A DNA stretch of 64,000 nt from positions 249,304,001 through 249,368,000 of the forward strand of contig NC_086097.1 of NCBI RefSeq assembly GCF_963921235.1. The letters are read 5' to 3'. A program made the position numbers and the translations under genes. Below are positions 37,857 through 48,317 of the stretch, in pieces. Each line of letters opens with the position of its first letter. Position 1 is the stretch's first letter. Source of the DNA: Mobula hypostoma. Taxonomy: Eukaryota. The notes under the pieces were generated by a model that was not told the DNA's origin, ran no database searches, and worked only from the letters and a program-made list of their open reading frames with translations.

Positions 37857-40092
37857 CATAGAAAATAGGTGCAGGAGTAGGCCATTCGGCCCTTCGAGCC
37901 TGCACCGCCATTTATTATGATCATGGCTGATCACCCAACTCAGAACCCCGCCCCAGCCTTCCCTCCATACCCCCTGACCCCCGTAGCCACAAGGCCCATA
38001 TCTAACTCCCTCTTAAATATAGCCAATGAACTGGCCTCAACAGTTTCCTGTGGCAGAGAATTCCACAGATTCACCACTCTCTGTGTGAAGAAGTTTTTCC
38101 TAATCTCGGTCCTAAAAGGCTTCCCCTCTATCCTCAAACTGTGACCCCTCGTTCTGGACTTCCCCAACATCGGGAACAATCTTCCTGCATCTAGCCTGTC
38201 CAATCCCTTTAGGATCTTATACGTTTCAATAAGATCCCCCCTCAATCTTCTAAATTCCAACGAGTACAAGCCCAGTTCATCCAGTCTTTCTTCATATGAA
38301 AGTCCTGCCATCCCAGGAATCAATCTGGTGAACCTTTTTTGTACTCCCTCTATAGCAAAGATGTCTTTCCTCAGATTAGGGGACCAAAACTGCACACAAT
38401 ACTCCAGGTGTGGTCTCACCAAGGCCTTGTACAACTGCTGTAGTACCTCCCTGCTCCTGTACTCGAATCCTCTCACTATAAATACCAGCATACCATTCGC
38501 CTTTTTCACCGCCTGCTGTACCTGCATGCCCACTTTCAATGACTGGTGTATAATGACACCCAGGTCTCGTTGCACCTCCCCTTTTCCTAATCGGCCACCA
38601 TTCAGATAATAATCTGTTTTCCTATTTTTGCCACCAAAGTGGATAACTTCACATTTATCCACATTAAATTGCATCTGCCATGAGTTTGCCCACTCACCCA
38701 ACCTATCCAAGTCACCCTGCATCCTCTTAGCATCCTCCTCACTGCTAACACTGCCACCCAGCTTTGTGTCATCCGCAAACTTGGAGATGCTGCATTTAAT
38801 TCCCTCATCCAAGTCATTAATATATATTGTAAACAATTGGGGTCCCAGCACTGAGCCTTGCGGTACCCCACTAGTCACCGCCTGCCATTCTGAAAAGGTC
38901 CCGTTTATTCCCACTCTTTGCTTCCTGTCTGCTGACCAATTCTCCACCCACACCAATACCTTACCCCCAATACCGTGTGCTTTAAGTTTGCACACTAATC
39001 TCCTGTGTGGGACCTTGTCAAAAGCCTTTTGAAAATCCAAATATACCACATCCACTGGTTCTCCCCTATCCACTCTACTAGTTACATCCTCAAAAAATTC
39101 TATGAGATTCGTCAGACATGATTTTCCTTTCACAAATCCATGCTGACTTTGTCCGATGATTTCACCGCTTTCCAAATGTGCTGTTATCACATCCTTGATA
39201 ACTGACTCCAGCAGTTTCCCCACCACCGACGTTAGGCTAACCGGTCTATAATTCCCCGGTTTCTCTCTCCCTCCTTTTTTAAAAAGTGGGGTTACATTAG
39301 CCACCCTCTAATCCTCAGGAACTAGTCCAGAATCTAACGAGTTTTGAAAAATTACCACTAATGCATCCACTATTTCTTGGGCTACTTCCTTAAGCACTCT
39401 AGGATGCAGACCATCTGGCCCTGGGGATTTATCTGCCTTTAATCCATTCAATTTACCTAACACCACTTCCCTACTAACATGTATTTCACTCAGTTCCTCC
39501 ATCTCACTGGACCCTCTGTCCCTTACTATTTCTGGAAGATTATTTATGTCCTCCTTAGTGAAGACAGAACCAAAGTAATTATTCAATTGGTCTGCCATGT
39601 CCTTGCTCCCCATATTCAATTCACCTGTTTCTGTCTGCAGGGGACCTACATTTGTCTTTACCAGTCTTTTCCTTTTTACATATCTATAAAAGCTTTTACA
39701 GTCAGTTTTTATGTTCCCTGCCAGTTTTCGCTCATAATCTTTTTTCCCCTTCCTGATTAGGCCCTTTGTCCTCCTCTGCTGAACTCTGAATTTCTCCCAG
39801 TCCTCAGGTGAGCCACTTTCTCTGGCTAATTTGTATGCTTCTTCTTTGGAATTGATACTATCCCTAATTTCTCTTGTCAGCCACGGGTGCACTACCTTCC
39901 TTGATTTATTCTTTTGCCAAACTGGGATGAACAATTGTTGTAGTTCATCCATGCAACCTTTAAATGCTTGCCATTGCATATCCACCGTCAATCCTTTAAG
40001 TGTCATTTGCCAGTCTATCTTAGCTAATTCACATCTCATACCTTCAAAGTTACCCTTCTTTAAGTTCAGAACCTTTGTTTCTGAATTAACTA
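37857..40092 (-). mobile_element. Young CR1 LINE, 5'-truncated, ORF2 open for ~2.15 kb except one nonsense codon
   Basis: ORFs 39308-40132 and 37940-39304 share a frame and are split by TAG at PED*RVANV (W expected); full RT motifs. Inserted into a family-X repeat. Confidence 0.93.
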
Positions 40093-40780
40093 TGGCACCA
40101 GCAGCTTTGCCAGTCAGCGTTGAACTCAACATAGGACTGTGTTAGGGACTCCATCTCCCAACTTTTCCTCAGGGGTTTACTTCCCAAGCCTTCCCCATGA
40201 GCGTGTTTAGCCACAAGGCAGCGGAGGCCTGAGATTGGAGTTTTCCTTCTCCTAGATGAGCTGCCAACCACGGCTGACGAGCCCCATCTGCCTGGAAGCT
40301 TTGTACATGTATTGATCTATTCAGGAACGTTTGCATCAATTTATATTCTTGTAACGCTGATTTATACTACATGACATTAAAGCTCAAAACGTCAGCTGTT
40401 TATTCCTCTCCATGGATGCTGCCTGACCTGCTGAGGTGTTGCCTGTTACTCTGTTACAAAGAAGAAAGAGATACAGAAATGGGAACTGAAAGTGGGCAAC
40501 AAAGCCATTAAACAAAAAGGGAAGTTCAGTTTCTTAGCGAGTATGTAATGTCTGACCATAGGGCTGATGTTGAAATTGGGATTGCTAAATGCATAGAAAC
40601 ATAGAAGAAACATAGAAAAACCTACAGCACGATACAAGCCCTTCGGCCCACAAAGCTGTGCTGAACATGTCCGTACCTGAGAAATCACCCAGGGTTACCC
40701 ATAGCCCTCTATTCCTCTAAGCTCAATGTATCCATCCAGGAGTCTCTTAAAAGACCCTATTGATTTCTCCCTCACCACCA

Positions 40781-41525
40781 TTCAGGGCCCCAGACAGTCC
40801 TTCCAGGTGAGGCGACACTTCACCTGAGAGACGGCTGGGGTGATATACTGCGTCCAGTGCTCCCGATGTGGCCTTCTATATATTGGCGAGACCCGACGCA
40901 GACTGGGAGGCCATTTTGCTGAACACCTACGCTCTGTCCGCCAGAGAAAGCAGGATCTCCCAGTGGCCACACATTTTAATTCCACATCCCATTCCCATTC
41001 TGACATGTCTGTCCACGGCCTCCTCTACTGTCAAGATGAAGCCACACTCAGGTTGGAGGAAAAACACCTTATATTCCATCTGGGTAGCCTCCAACCTGAT
41101 GGCATGAACATTGACTTCTCTGACTTCTGTTAATTCCCCACCTCCCCCTCGTACCCCATCCGTTATTTATTTATTTATTTATTATTAATTTTTTTTTTCT
41201 CTCCTTTTATTCCCTCTGTCCCTCTGACTATACCCCTTGCCCATCCACTGGGTTTCCCCCCTCTTCTCCCTTTTCCTTCTCCCTGGGCCTCCTGTCCCAT
41301 GATACTCTCGTATCCCCTTTGCCAATCACCTGTCCAGCTCTTGGCTCCATCCCTCCCCCTCCTGTCTTCTCCTATCATTTTGGATCTCCCCCTCCCCATC
41401 CCACTTTCAAATCTCTTACTAACTCTTCCTTCAATTAGTCCTGATGAAGGGTTTCGGCCCGAAACGTCGACTGTACCTCTTCCTAGAGATGCTGCCTGGC
41501 CTGCTGCGTTCACCAACTTTTGTGT
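40781..41525 (+). mobile_element. Penelope-like element family 1, 3' end (GIY-YIG endonuclease plus pseudo-LTR)
   Basis: VIYCVQCSRCGLLYIGETRRRLGGHFAEH..VATHFN..EEKHLIFHLGSLQPDGMN*, followed by a CT-rich pLTR. Confidence 0.92.
41437..41472 (+). ncRNA. Minimal type I hammerhead ribozyme motif (PLE family 1), intact
   Basis: AGTC-CTGATGA-A-GGG-TTTCGG-CCC-GAAA-CG-TC^GACT. Confidence 0.82.
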
Positions 41526-41659
41526 GTGTTTCCCTGACTTGTCTGTACCTATCCTTCTCCAATGCTATGGTAAAGGAGATAGAATTGTGATCACTATCTC
41601 CAAAATGCTCTCCCACATGTTCAAGCATCTGAGCAAGATTCTAAAGAATAAGTAATTTC

Positions 41660-42075
41660 CCTGGATGTGAAACTCAGGGTGTTGCAGTGCTGTGTTCATT
41701 CCACACTGACGTACAGAGTGAATGTTGGACAATATCAAAGCAAAGTGAGGGAAGGCTTGAAGCTGCGGGAATGTGGTTTTGGAGAAGAATGATGGAAGTA
41801 TCACGGAAGGGCAGAGTAACAAGTGCGGAGGTGTTGTGAGAAGGGAGTTGATATCATCAATTAGGAAGTGGCAGCTGGAACGTTTTGGGACATGTACTGA
41901 AGAAAGGGAAGCTCAAACATCTTGCAGTGACAGGAAAGTTGATGCAAGAGAAAGTTGTGGTGGACAGTGCATGGCATTCATGAGTTACATCAAGGGATGG
42001 ACAGGAAAAAGTTTTGAAGAGCTTATGAGACAGACTGAAAACCGTGATCGCCCACGTCACGTGACAGGGCACAGA
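41660..42075 (+). mobile_element. Highly decayed RTE LINE 3' fragment
   Basis: LEAAGMWFWRRMMEVSRKGRVT-like frame, similar to the RTE at 28155. Confidence 0.55.
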
Positions 42076-42297
42076 ATGGTTTTATACTCAGGGTATTCAT
42101 ATCCATTTTAATATATGCAGAATAGCCAGTAAAATAGATTTCTAAAAATTTTTTCTTTAGAAATTTACATACATTTCCAGTATGTGTGCTGGGTATATTC
42201 AGTAATTCTCCTGTAGGTATTCATTAATACCAGTGTTAGCAATATATATTTATATTGTGAAATATAGATTTGAGTTAAATTGAGTTATGCTTCTTTT

Positions 42298-42562
42298 GGG
42301 GGTAGCGCAGTAATGTAAATAAGAGCGTAGCATTATTACTGCGCCAGCGACCCACGTTCAATTCTCACTGCTGAATGTAAGGAGTTTGTACATTCTCCCC
42401 ACGACGGTGTGGGTTTCCTCCGGGTGCTCTGGTTTCCCCCCACAGTCCGAAGTCGTACCGGTCGGTAGTTTGATTGGTCATGTGGGTGTAACTGGGCAGT
42501 GCGGGCTCATTGGGCTGGAAGAGCCTGTAACTGTGCTGTATCTCCAAATACATAAAAATAAA
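42298..42562 (+). mobile_element. V-SINE-like element
   Basis: ggagtttgtacattctccccacgacggtgtgggtttcctccgggtgctctggtttccccccacagtcc V-domain and A-rich tail. Confidence 0.8.
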
Positions 42563-42605
42563 AACTCAAGTTATCACCAGCTGTGCTTTGAGGGTAAGTT
42601 TAGAT

Positions 42606-43590
42606 CTTCTCCATGGACTGTCACCTTGTCGTGGTGGAGAAGCTTGTGCGGTCCTGAGATCCCGAGAGCAATGCCGTCTGGAGCTATGCTCCTGGTAGGG
42701 TCACCCATGGCGGTAAGGTCGAGGGTGAGGTCCCTGAGAAAGAACAATCCAACCAAGACCTCAACGGTGGAACAGGTGGACGAAGTTACTTCGAACTCAA
42801 CGGCTGTGGAGGTGGATGAAGGCTGCAACAAATCCTTCAGCTCCAGTCGTCATGGTTTCCATCCAGAAATACACACAATACATCGAATTATTCTTCACCA
42901 ACGTATCATACAACTTCAACAAAACAACCCAACTCCTGCGCTCAGTGCTTTGATTTGTGAAGGCCAACGTTCCCAAAGCTTTCTTTACGACACTATCTAC
43001 CTGTGACGCCAATGCGTAAGCTTTCTCTGGTAAACAAGGAGACTAATGGACGAGGGAAATCTTTCTCACCAATTTCATTAAGTTAATTAAAATATTCGAT
43101 GGTCACTATTTGCACCTGATGCCATATACAATATTTCATTTAATCTAACTGAGAATTATAAAGGCTCTTTCCACAGAGCTTGTTAATTTTCAGGCTGTTT
43201 GAAATTGTATTTGTCTTAAGTATACATTGGGGTACTTTATTTCAGCAGTAGTAATGCGATCTCTCGAGTCGGGTCTGATGTTCTCCCAGGGGCGATTCCT
43301 TCCATGCAGAATGCCTGTGCGTGATTTTGTTTAACGTGGGGAGGCTGATGCACGGGCAGACACCACACGGTCCTTGACAGGTCAGGGCCAGGGTCCAGTG
43401 TCATGGAATGAAAGATGACTGAGGACTCTTCACTCCTGCAGCCTTCCTCCGCCTTCACCATCTTCCACCAGCTCCACCGTTGAGGTCTTGCCTGGATCTT
43501 TCTTTGTCTGGAACCTCACCCTTGACCTTACCACCACGGATCACCCTAAGCTCCATACGGCATCGCTCTCGGGATCTCAGAAACTTACAA
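42606..43590. mobile_element. Two inverted copies of an RTE (Expander/Rex3-like) 5'-derived repeat (+ 42606-42860; - 43260-43590)
   Basis: Shared ctgagatcccgagagc.atgccgt.tggagct...taaggtc.agggtgagg...aagacctcaacggtgga. The 5' caccttgtcgtggtggag resembles fish RTE 5' ends (from memory). Confidence 0.6.
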
Positions 43591-43621
43591 GTTGTTGCCC
43601 GTGCAGCAAGCTTCTCCTCTC

Positions 43622-44250
43622 CAACACTCACAACACGCTGGAGGAACTCAGCAGGTCGGGCAGCATCCGTGGAAACGATGAGTCGACGTTTCGGGCCGGA
43701 ACCCTTCGTCAGGACTGTAGAGGGAAGGGGCAGAGGCCCTATAAAGAAGGTGGGGGGAGGGTGGGAAGGAGAAGGCTGGTAGGTTCCAGGTGAAAAACCA
43801 GTAAGGGGAAAGATAAAGGGGTGGGGAAGGGGAAGCAGGGAGGTGATAGGCAGGAAAGGTGAAGGAGGAATAGGGGAAAACACAATGGGTAGTAGAGAGA
43901 GGCGGAACCATGAGGGAGGTGATAGGCAGCTGGGGGAGGGGGGCAGAGTGACATAGTCATAGTCATACTTCATTGATCCCGGGGGAAATTGGTTTTCGTT
44001 ACAGTTGCACCATAAATAATAAATACTAATAAAACCATAAATAGTTAAATAGTAACATGTAAATTATGCCAGGAAATAAGTCCAGGACCAGCCTATTGGC
44101 TTAGGGATGGGGGAAGGGAGGGGGAGGGAATTACCGGAAGTTGGAGAATTCTATGTTCATACCAAGGGGCTGGAGACTACCCAGACGGTATATGAGGTGT
44201 TGCTCCTCCAACCTGAGTTTAGCCTCATCGTGGCAGTAGAGGAGGCCATG
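43622..44250 (-). mobile_element. Penelope-like 3' end/pLTR interrupted by a short Rex1 (ACTATG)n tail copy at ~43951-44106
   Basis: GIY-YIG C-terminus at 44140-44250; the insert is nearly identical to 18535-18695. Confidence 0.85.
43681..43716 (-). ncRNA. Minimal type I hammerhead ribozyme motif, intact
   Basis: Minus strand reads AGTC-CTGACGA-A-GGG-TTCCGG-CCC-GAAA-CG-TC^GACT. Confidence 0.82.
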
Positions 44251-44319
44251 AGCTGAGTTCCCCCAGCGTGTTGTGAGTGTTGCTTTGATCCCAGCATCTG
44301 CAGATTATTTTGTGTTTAC

Positions 44320-44730
44320 TTCTCCTCTCCACGCAGCTGATGAATCCAAAGGAACAGCAGAGACCGATACAGTTTGGCATCAGTGGTATCGCAGGAGTTG
44401 CCAGTCAGCGTTGAACTCAATGTACGACTGCCTTAGGGACTCCAGCTCCGGATTTTTCCTCCGGGTTTACTCCCAAAGACTTCCCCAAGAGTGGGTACAG
44501 CCACAAGGCCACGGAAGTTTGAGATCAGTTTTTCTTCCCGTAGGTGAGCTGCCAACCACAGCTAACGAGGTCCATCTGCCTGAGGTGACGGGTTTTAACT
44601 CACCAGTAACCCACCTTTGCCCCTTCTCCTGTCAGAAGAAACGATTCTGCCGGGCTTAGGAGCTAAACCTCACGTACAGGCCAAGAGCTGGTCTCAGCTG
44701 TCAGAGGCTGTTTGAGACGCACATCACCGG
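44320..44730 (-). mobile_element. Family-X repeat, uninterrupted copy including its 5' region
   Basis: Spans the site (gagaccgatacagtttggca) that is interrupted by the CR1 at 37857-40092. Confidence 0.65.
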
Positions 44731-45531
44731 GAACAATGTTTCTTTGTTTCGTGGCTGTCGGTGGGAAGTCGAATCTCAGGGCTGAATACATACTTTGATA
44801 ATAAACGTACTTTGGACTTTGAATTTTATAGGTAGTGGGGTAGTGGGGTAGCAGACAGCGGGAACTTCTCCCCACTACCACCCCCGGCTATAATGGCTGT
44901 TGAGGTTGATTCTTGAATAAACTGTGTTACGGATGGAGACTAAAAGGACCGATCATGTGACGTGAATCTGGTCGAGAGAGAGGCCAGTCAGGTTATTTGA
45001 CCTCTGAGAGTGAGGCCTTCTGCTGGCGGGGATGTGAAGAATTCAGAGATGTGAAAAGAGAGCCACTGCAATGCACAGAGTCATTGCTTCCTGCTGTCCT
45101 GCGTGCAGGAGATTACGCTGGATTTCCGTGCCCTGCTGTGTTTCAATCAGAAACACGTTTAATATCATCGGCATATGTTGTGAAATTTGTTAACTTTACG
45201 GCAGCAGTACATGATAAATACAGAGCAAAAGACTGAGTTACATTAAGTAATGTATATGTTTATTAAATAGTTAAGGTAAAAAAAAGTAGTGCAAAAAAAC
45301 ACAAAAACAAAAAAGCAGTGAGGTAGTGTTCACAGGTTCAATGTCCATTCAGAAATCAGGTGGCAGAGGGGAAGAAGCTGTTCCTGAATCGCTGAGTGTG
45401 TGTCTTCAGGCTTCAGAACACTGATATATGAGATGAAATGTGTTGTTTGGCGGCAGCAGTACACCTAGAAAGACATAAAGACTACAAAAGTTACAAAAAT
45501 AAATAAATAATGCAAAACGTGAATAATGAGG

Positions 45532-46725
45532 TAAACACAAGAGATTCCGCGGATGCTGGAAATCCAGAGACACACACAGACAAAATGCTGGAGGAACTCA
45601 GCAAGTCACACAACATCTGTGGAAATAAATAAACAGTCGATGTTTCTGTCGGAGACCCTTCATCGGGACTGGAAAGGAGGGGGGAAGATGCCAGAATAAA
45701 AAGGTGGGGGGAGGGAAAGGAGGGTAGCTAGACGGTGAGAGGTGAAGCCAGCTGGGTGGGAAAGGTCAAGGCTGGAGATAATGGAATTTGACAGGAGTGA
45801 AAAGTGGGCATTAAGAGAAAGGGAAGGAGGAGGGACCCAGAGAGAAGGATAGTCAGGTGAGAAGAGGTAAAAGGTCAGAGTGGAGAAAATCAATAACAGA
45901 GAAAAATACATCAAAATAATCAAGACAACATATCCATATGTAAACAACAGGAATTCTGCAGATGCTGGAAATTCAAACAACACACATCAAAGTTGCTGGT
46001 GAACGCAGCAGGCCAGGCAGCATCTCTAAGAAGAGGTACAGTCGGGGTTTCAGGCCGAGACCCTTCATCAGGACTAACTGAAGGAAGAGTTAGTAAGAGA
46101 TTTGAAAGTTGGAGGGGGAGGGGAAGATCCAAAATGATAGGAGAAGACAGGAGGGGGAGGGATGGAGCCAAGAGCTGGACAGGTGATTGGCAAAAGGGAT
46201 ACGAGAGGATCATGGGACAGGAAGCCCAGGGAGAAAGACAAGGGGGGGGGGGAATCCAGAGGATGGACAAGGGGTATAGTCAGAGGGACAGAGGGAGAAA
46301 AAGGAGAGAGCGAGAAAGAGTGTGTGTGTAAAAATAAATAACGGATGGGGTACGAGGGGGAGGTGGGGCATTAGCGGAAGTTAGAGAAGTCAATGTTCAT
46401 GCCATCAGGTTGGAGGCTACCCAGACAGAATATAAGGTGTTGTTCCTCCAACCTGAGTGTGGCTTCAGTGAATGGGAGATCCCCTGAGCAGATAAAGTCA
46501 GTGCTGGTGTGGGAGATGATGGCCTGGTTCTCCTTAGTGGGGTCACGATCGAGGGGTCCCTCCCCCTCCTGTCTTCTCCTATCATTTTGGATCTTCCCCT
46601 CCCCCTCCCACTTTCAAATCTCTTACTAGCTCTTCCTTCAGTTAGTCCTGACGAAGGGTCACGGCCTGAAACGTCGACTGTACCTCTTCCTAGAGATGCT
46701 GCCTGGCCTGCTGTGTTCACCAACA
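45532..46725. mobile_element. Cluster of Penelope-like pLTRs: two tandem minus-strand copies (45532-45890, 45942-46467) and an inverted plus-strand copy (46558-46725)
   Basis: Same pLTR sequence as 4955-5475 and 41140-41525; GIY-YIG C-terminus at 46380-46465. Confidence 0.85.
46644..46679 (+). ncRNA. Minimal type I hammerhead ribozyme motif, intact (G-U pair in stem II)
   Basis: AGTC-CTGACGA-A-GGG-TCACGG-CCT-GAAA-CG-TC^GACT. Confidence 0.75.
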
Positions 46726-46763
46726 GCTTTGATAGCCATATGTAGATGAGCTAAACGTGGCCT

Positions 46764-47011
46764 CCAGCGCAGTAATCTCTGGATGGCTGCCTGTGCCACG
46801 GGCCAGTAAGGGTGAGAATGGGATGATTTGGCAGATGAATGCATGGCTGAGAAACTGGTGCAGGGAGGAGGAGTTCAGATTTCTGGATCATTGAGATCTC
46901 TTCTGGGGTAAGCATGACCTGTACCAAAAAGATGGGTTACACCTGAACCTGAGGGGGACCGGTATCCTTGCGAGCAGGTTTGCTAGAGCTGTTGGCCAGG
47001 GTTTAAACTAA
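46764..47011 (+). pseudogene. CR1 ORF1 C-terminus (SGNH esterase-like)
   Basis: VISGWLPVPR..MNAWLRNWC..FRFLDH*DLFWG..LYQKDGLHLN..GLN*. Confidence 0.75.
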
Positions 47012-47682
47012 TTTGGCAGGGCGATGGGAACTGGAGTGATGGGGTTGTTGGTTGGAGCTGGATCCGAAGAAGCAGAGAGTAGTGTGACTGTGAGGAAGGA
47101 CAGGCAGATGAAAAAGCATTATTGTACTCAGTAGGATGTGTTGTAGTCTAACAGGGGAACAAAATTGAAAAGGGAGCAAAGGAGACGAAGGTGCCTAATG
47201 GCAACTCCTCTGCTTGCATCTTCGGAAACAGCTCTATTTTTATCTTTAGTGTCTTTATTTTTCCCTTACACACTGACTTCGGTTCTTTGTGGGAATGGGA
47301 CCCACTCTCAGGTCTCACGACTGGCCATTATTCGATATACCAAGGACACGGCCTACGAGAGTAGCGCGCCTTCAGAGTTCCGGGATTTCGTGGCTCTGGA
47401 GGTGGGCGGACTCAAGGTTGGTGCCTCTGCAGGGAATCGGTGTGGCGTGAGAGATGGAAGATCGAAAGCAGCAAGCTGGCTGCTGGCTGTGTGCCCAGAG
47501 ACCCAAGTTCTTTGGGCACAGAGCTCGGAAGAAGCGACGCAACAGACCTTTAACATTGTAAATCAGTGAATTGTTTGTTATGTTTCCCCTCTCGCTGTGA
47601 AATGGGGACACCTCTTTTTCAATTAATAGGGAGAGAGCCTGTGGTACGTCAAATTACTGGGTGAACGAGTAGTCTTTAGAGT

Positions 47683-48178
47683 ACGCAAACACAAGGAATT
47701 CTGCAGATGCTGGAAATTCAAGCAACACACATCAAAGTAGCTGGTGAACGCAGCAGGCCAGGCAGCATCTCTAGGAAGAGGTACAGTCGACGTTTCGGGC
47801 CGAGATCCTTCGTCAGGACTAACTGAAAGAAGAGATAGTAAGAGATTTGAAAGTGGGATGGGGAGGGGGAGATCCAAAATGATGGGAGAAGACAGGAGGG
47901 GGAGGGATGGAGCCAAGAGCTGGACAGGTGATTGGCAAAAGGGATACGAGAGGATCATGGGACAGGAGGTCCAGGGAGAAGGAAAAGGGGGAGGGGGGGA
48001 AAAAACCCAGAGGATGGGCAAGGGGTATAGTCAGAGGGACAGAGGGAGAAAAAGGAGAGAGAGAGAGAGAGAGAAAGAAAGTGTGTATATAAATAAATAA
48101 TGGATGGGGTACAAGGGAGAGGTGGGGCATTAGCAGAAGTTAGAGAAGTCAATGTTCATGCCATCAGGTTGGAGGCTA
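47683..48178 (-). mobile_element. Penelope-like family 1 pLTR with hammerhead at 47785-47820
   Basis: Near-identical to 4955-5250; minus strand reads AGTC-CTGACGA-A-GGA-TCTCGG-CCC-GAAA-CG-TC^GACT. Confidence 0.85.
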
Positions 48179-48317
48179 TGTTCTCCCTAGACCTCCTGAG
48201 AGGGGAGACTTGCAGCATGGGCAACTGCTTGTCTTCCATACAACCTTGCCCAGGCCTACGCCCTGGAAACCTTCCAAGGCGCAAATCCGTGGTCTCAAGA
48301 GACAGACAGATGCCTAT

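Noticed and set aside
40093..40132. Apparent start MLSSTLTGKAAGA of the CR1 ORF
   Set aside because: It comes from the flanking family-X repeat; the CR1 is 5'-truncated and lacks most of its endonuclease.
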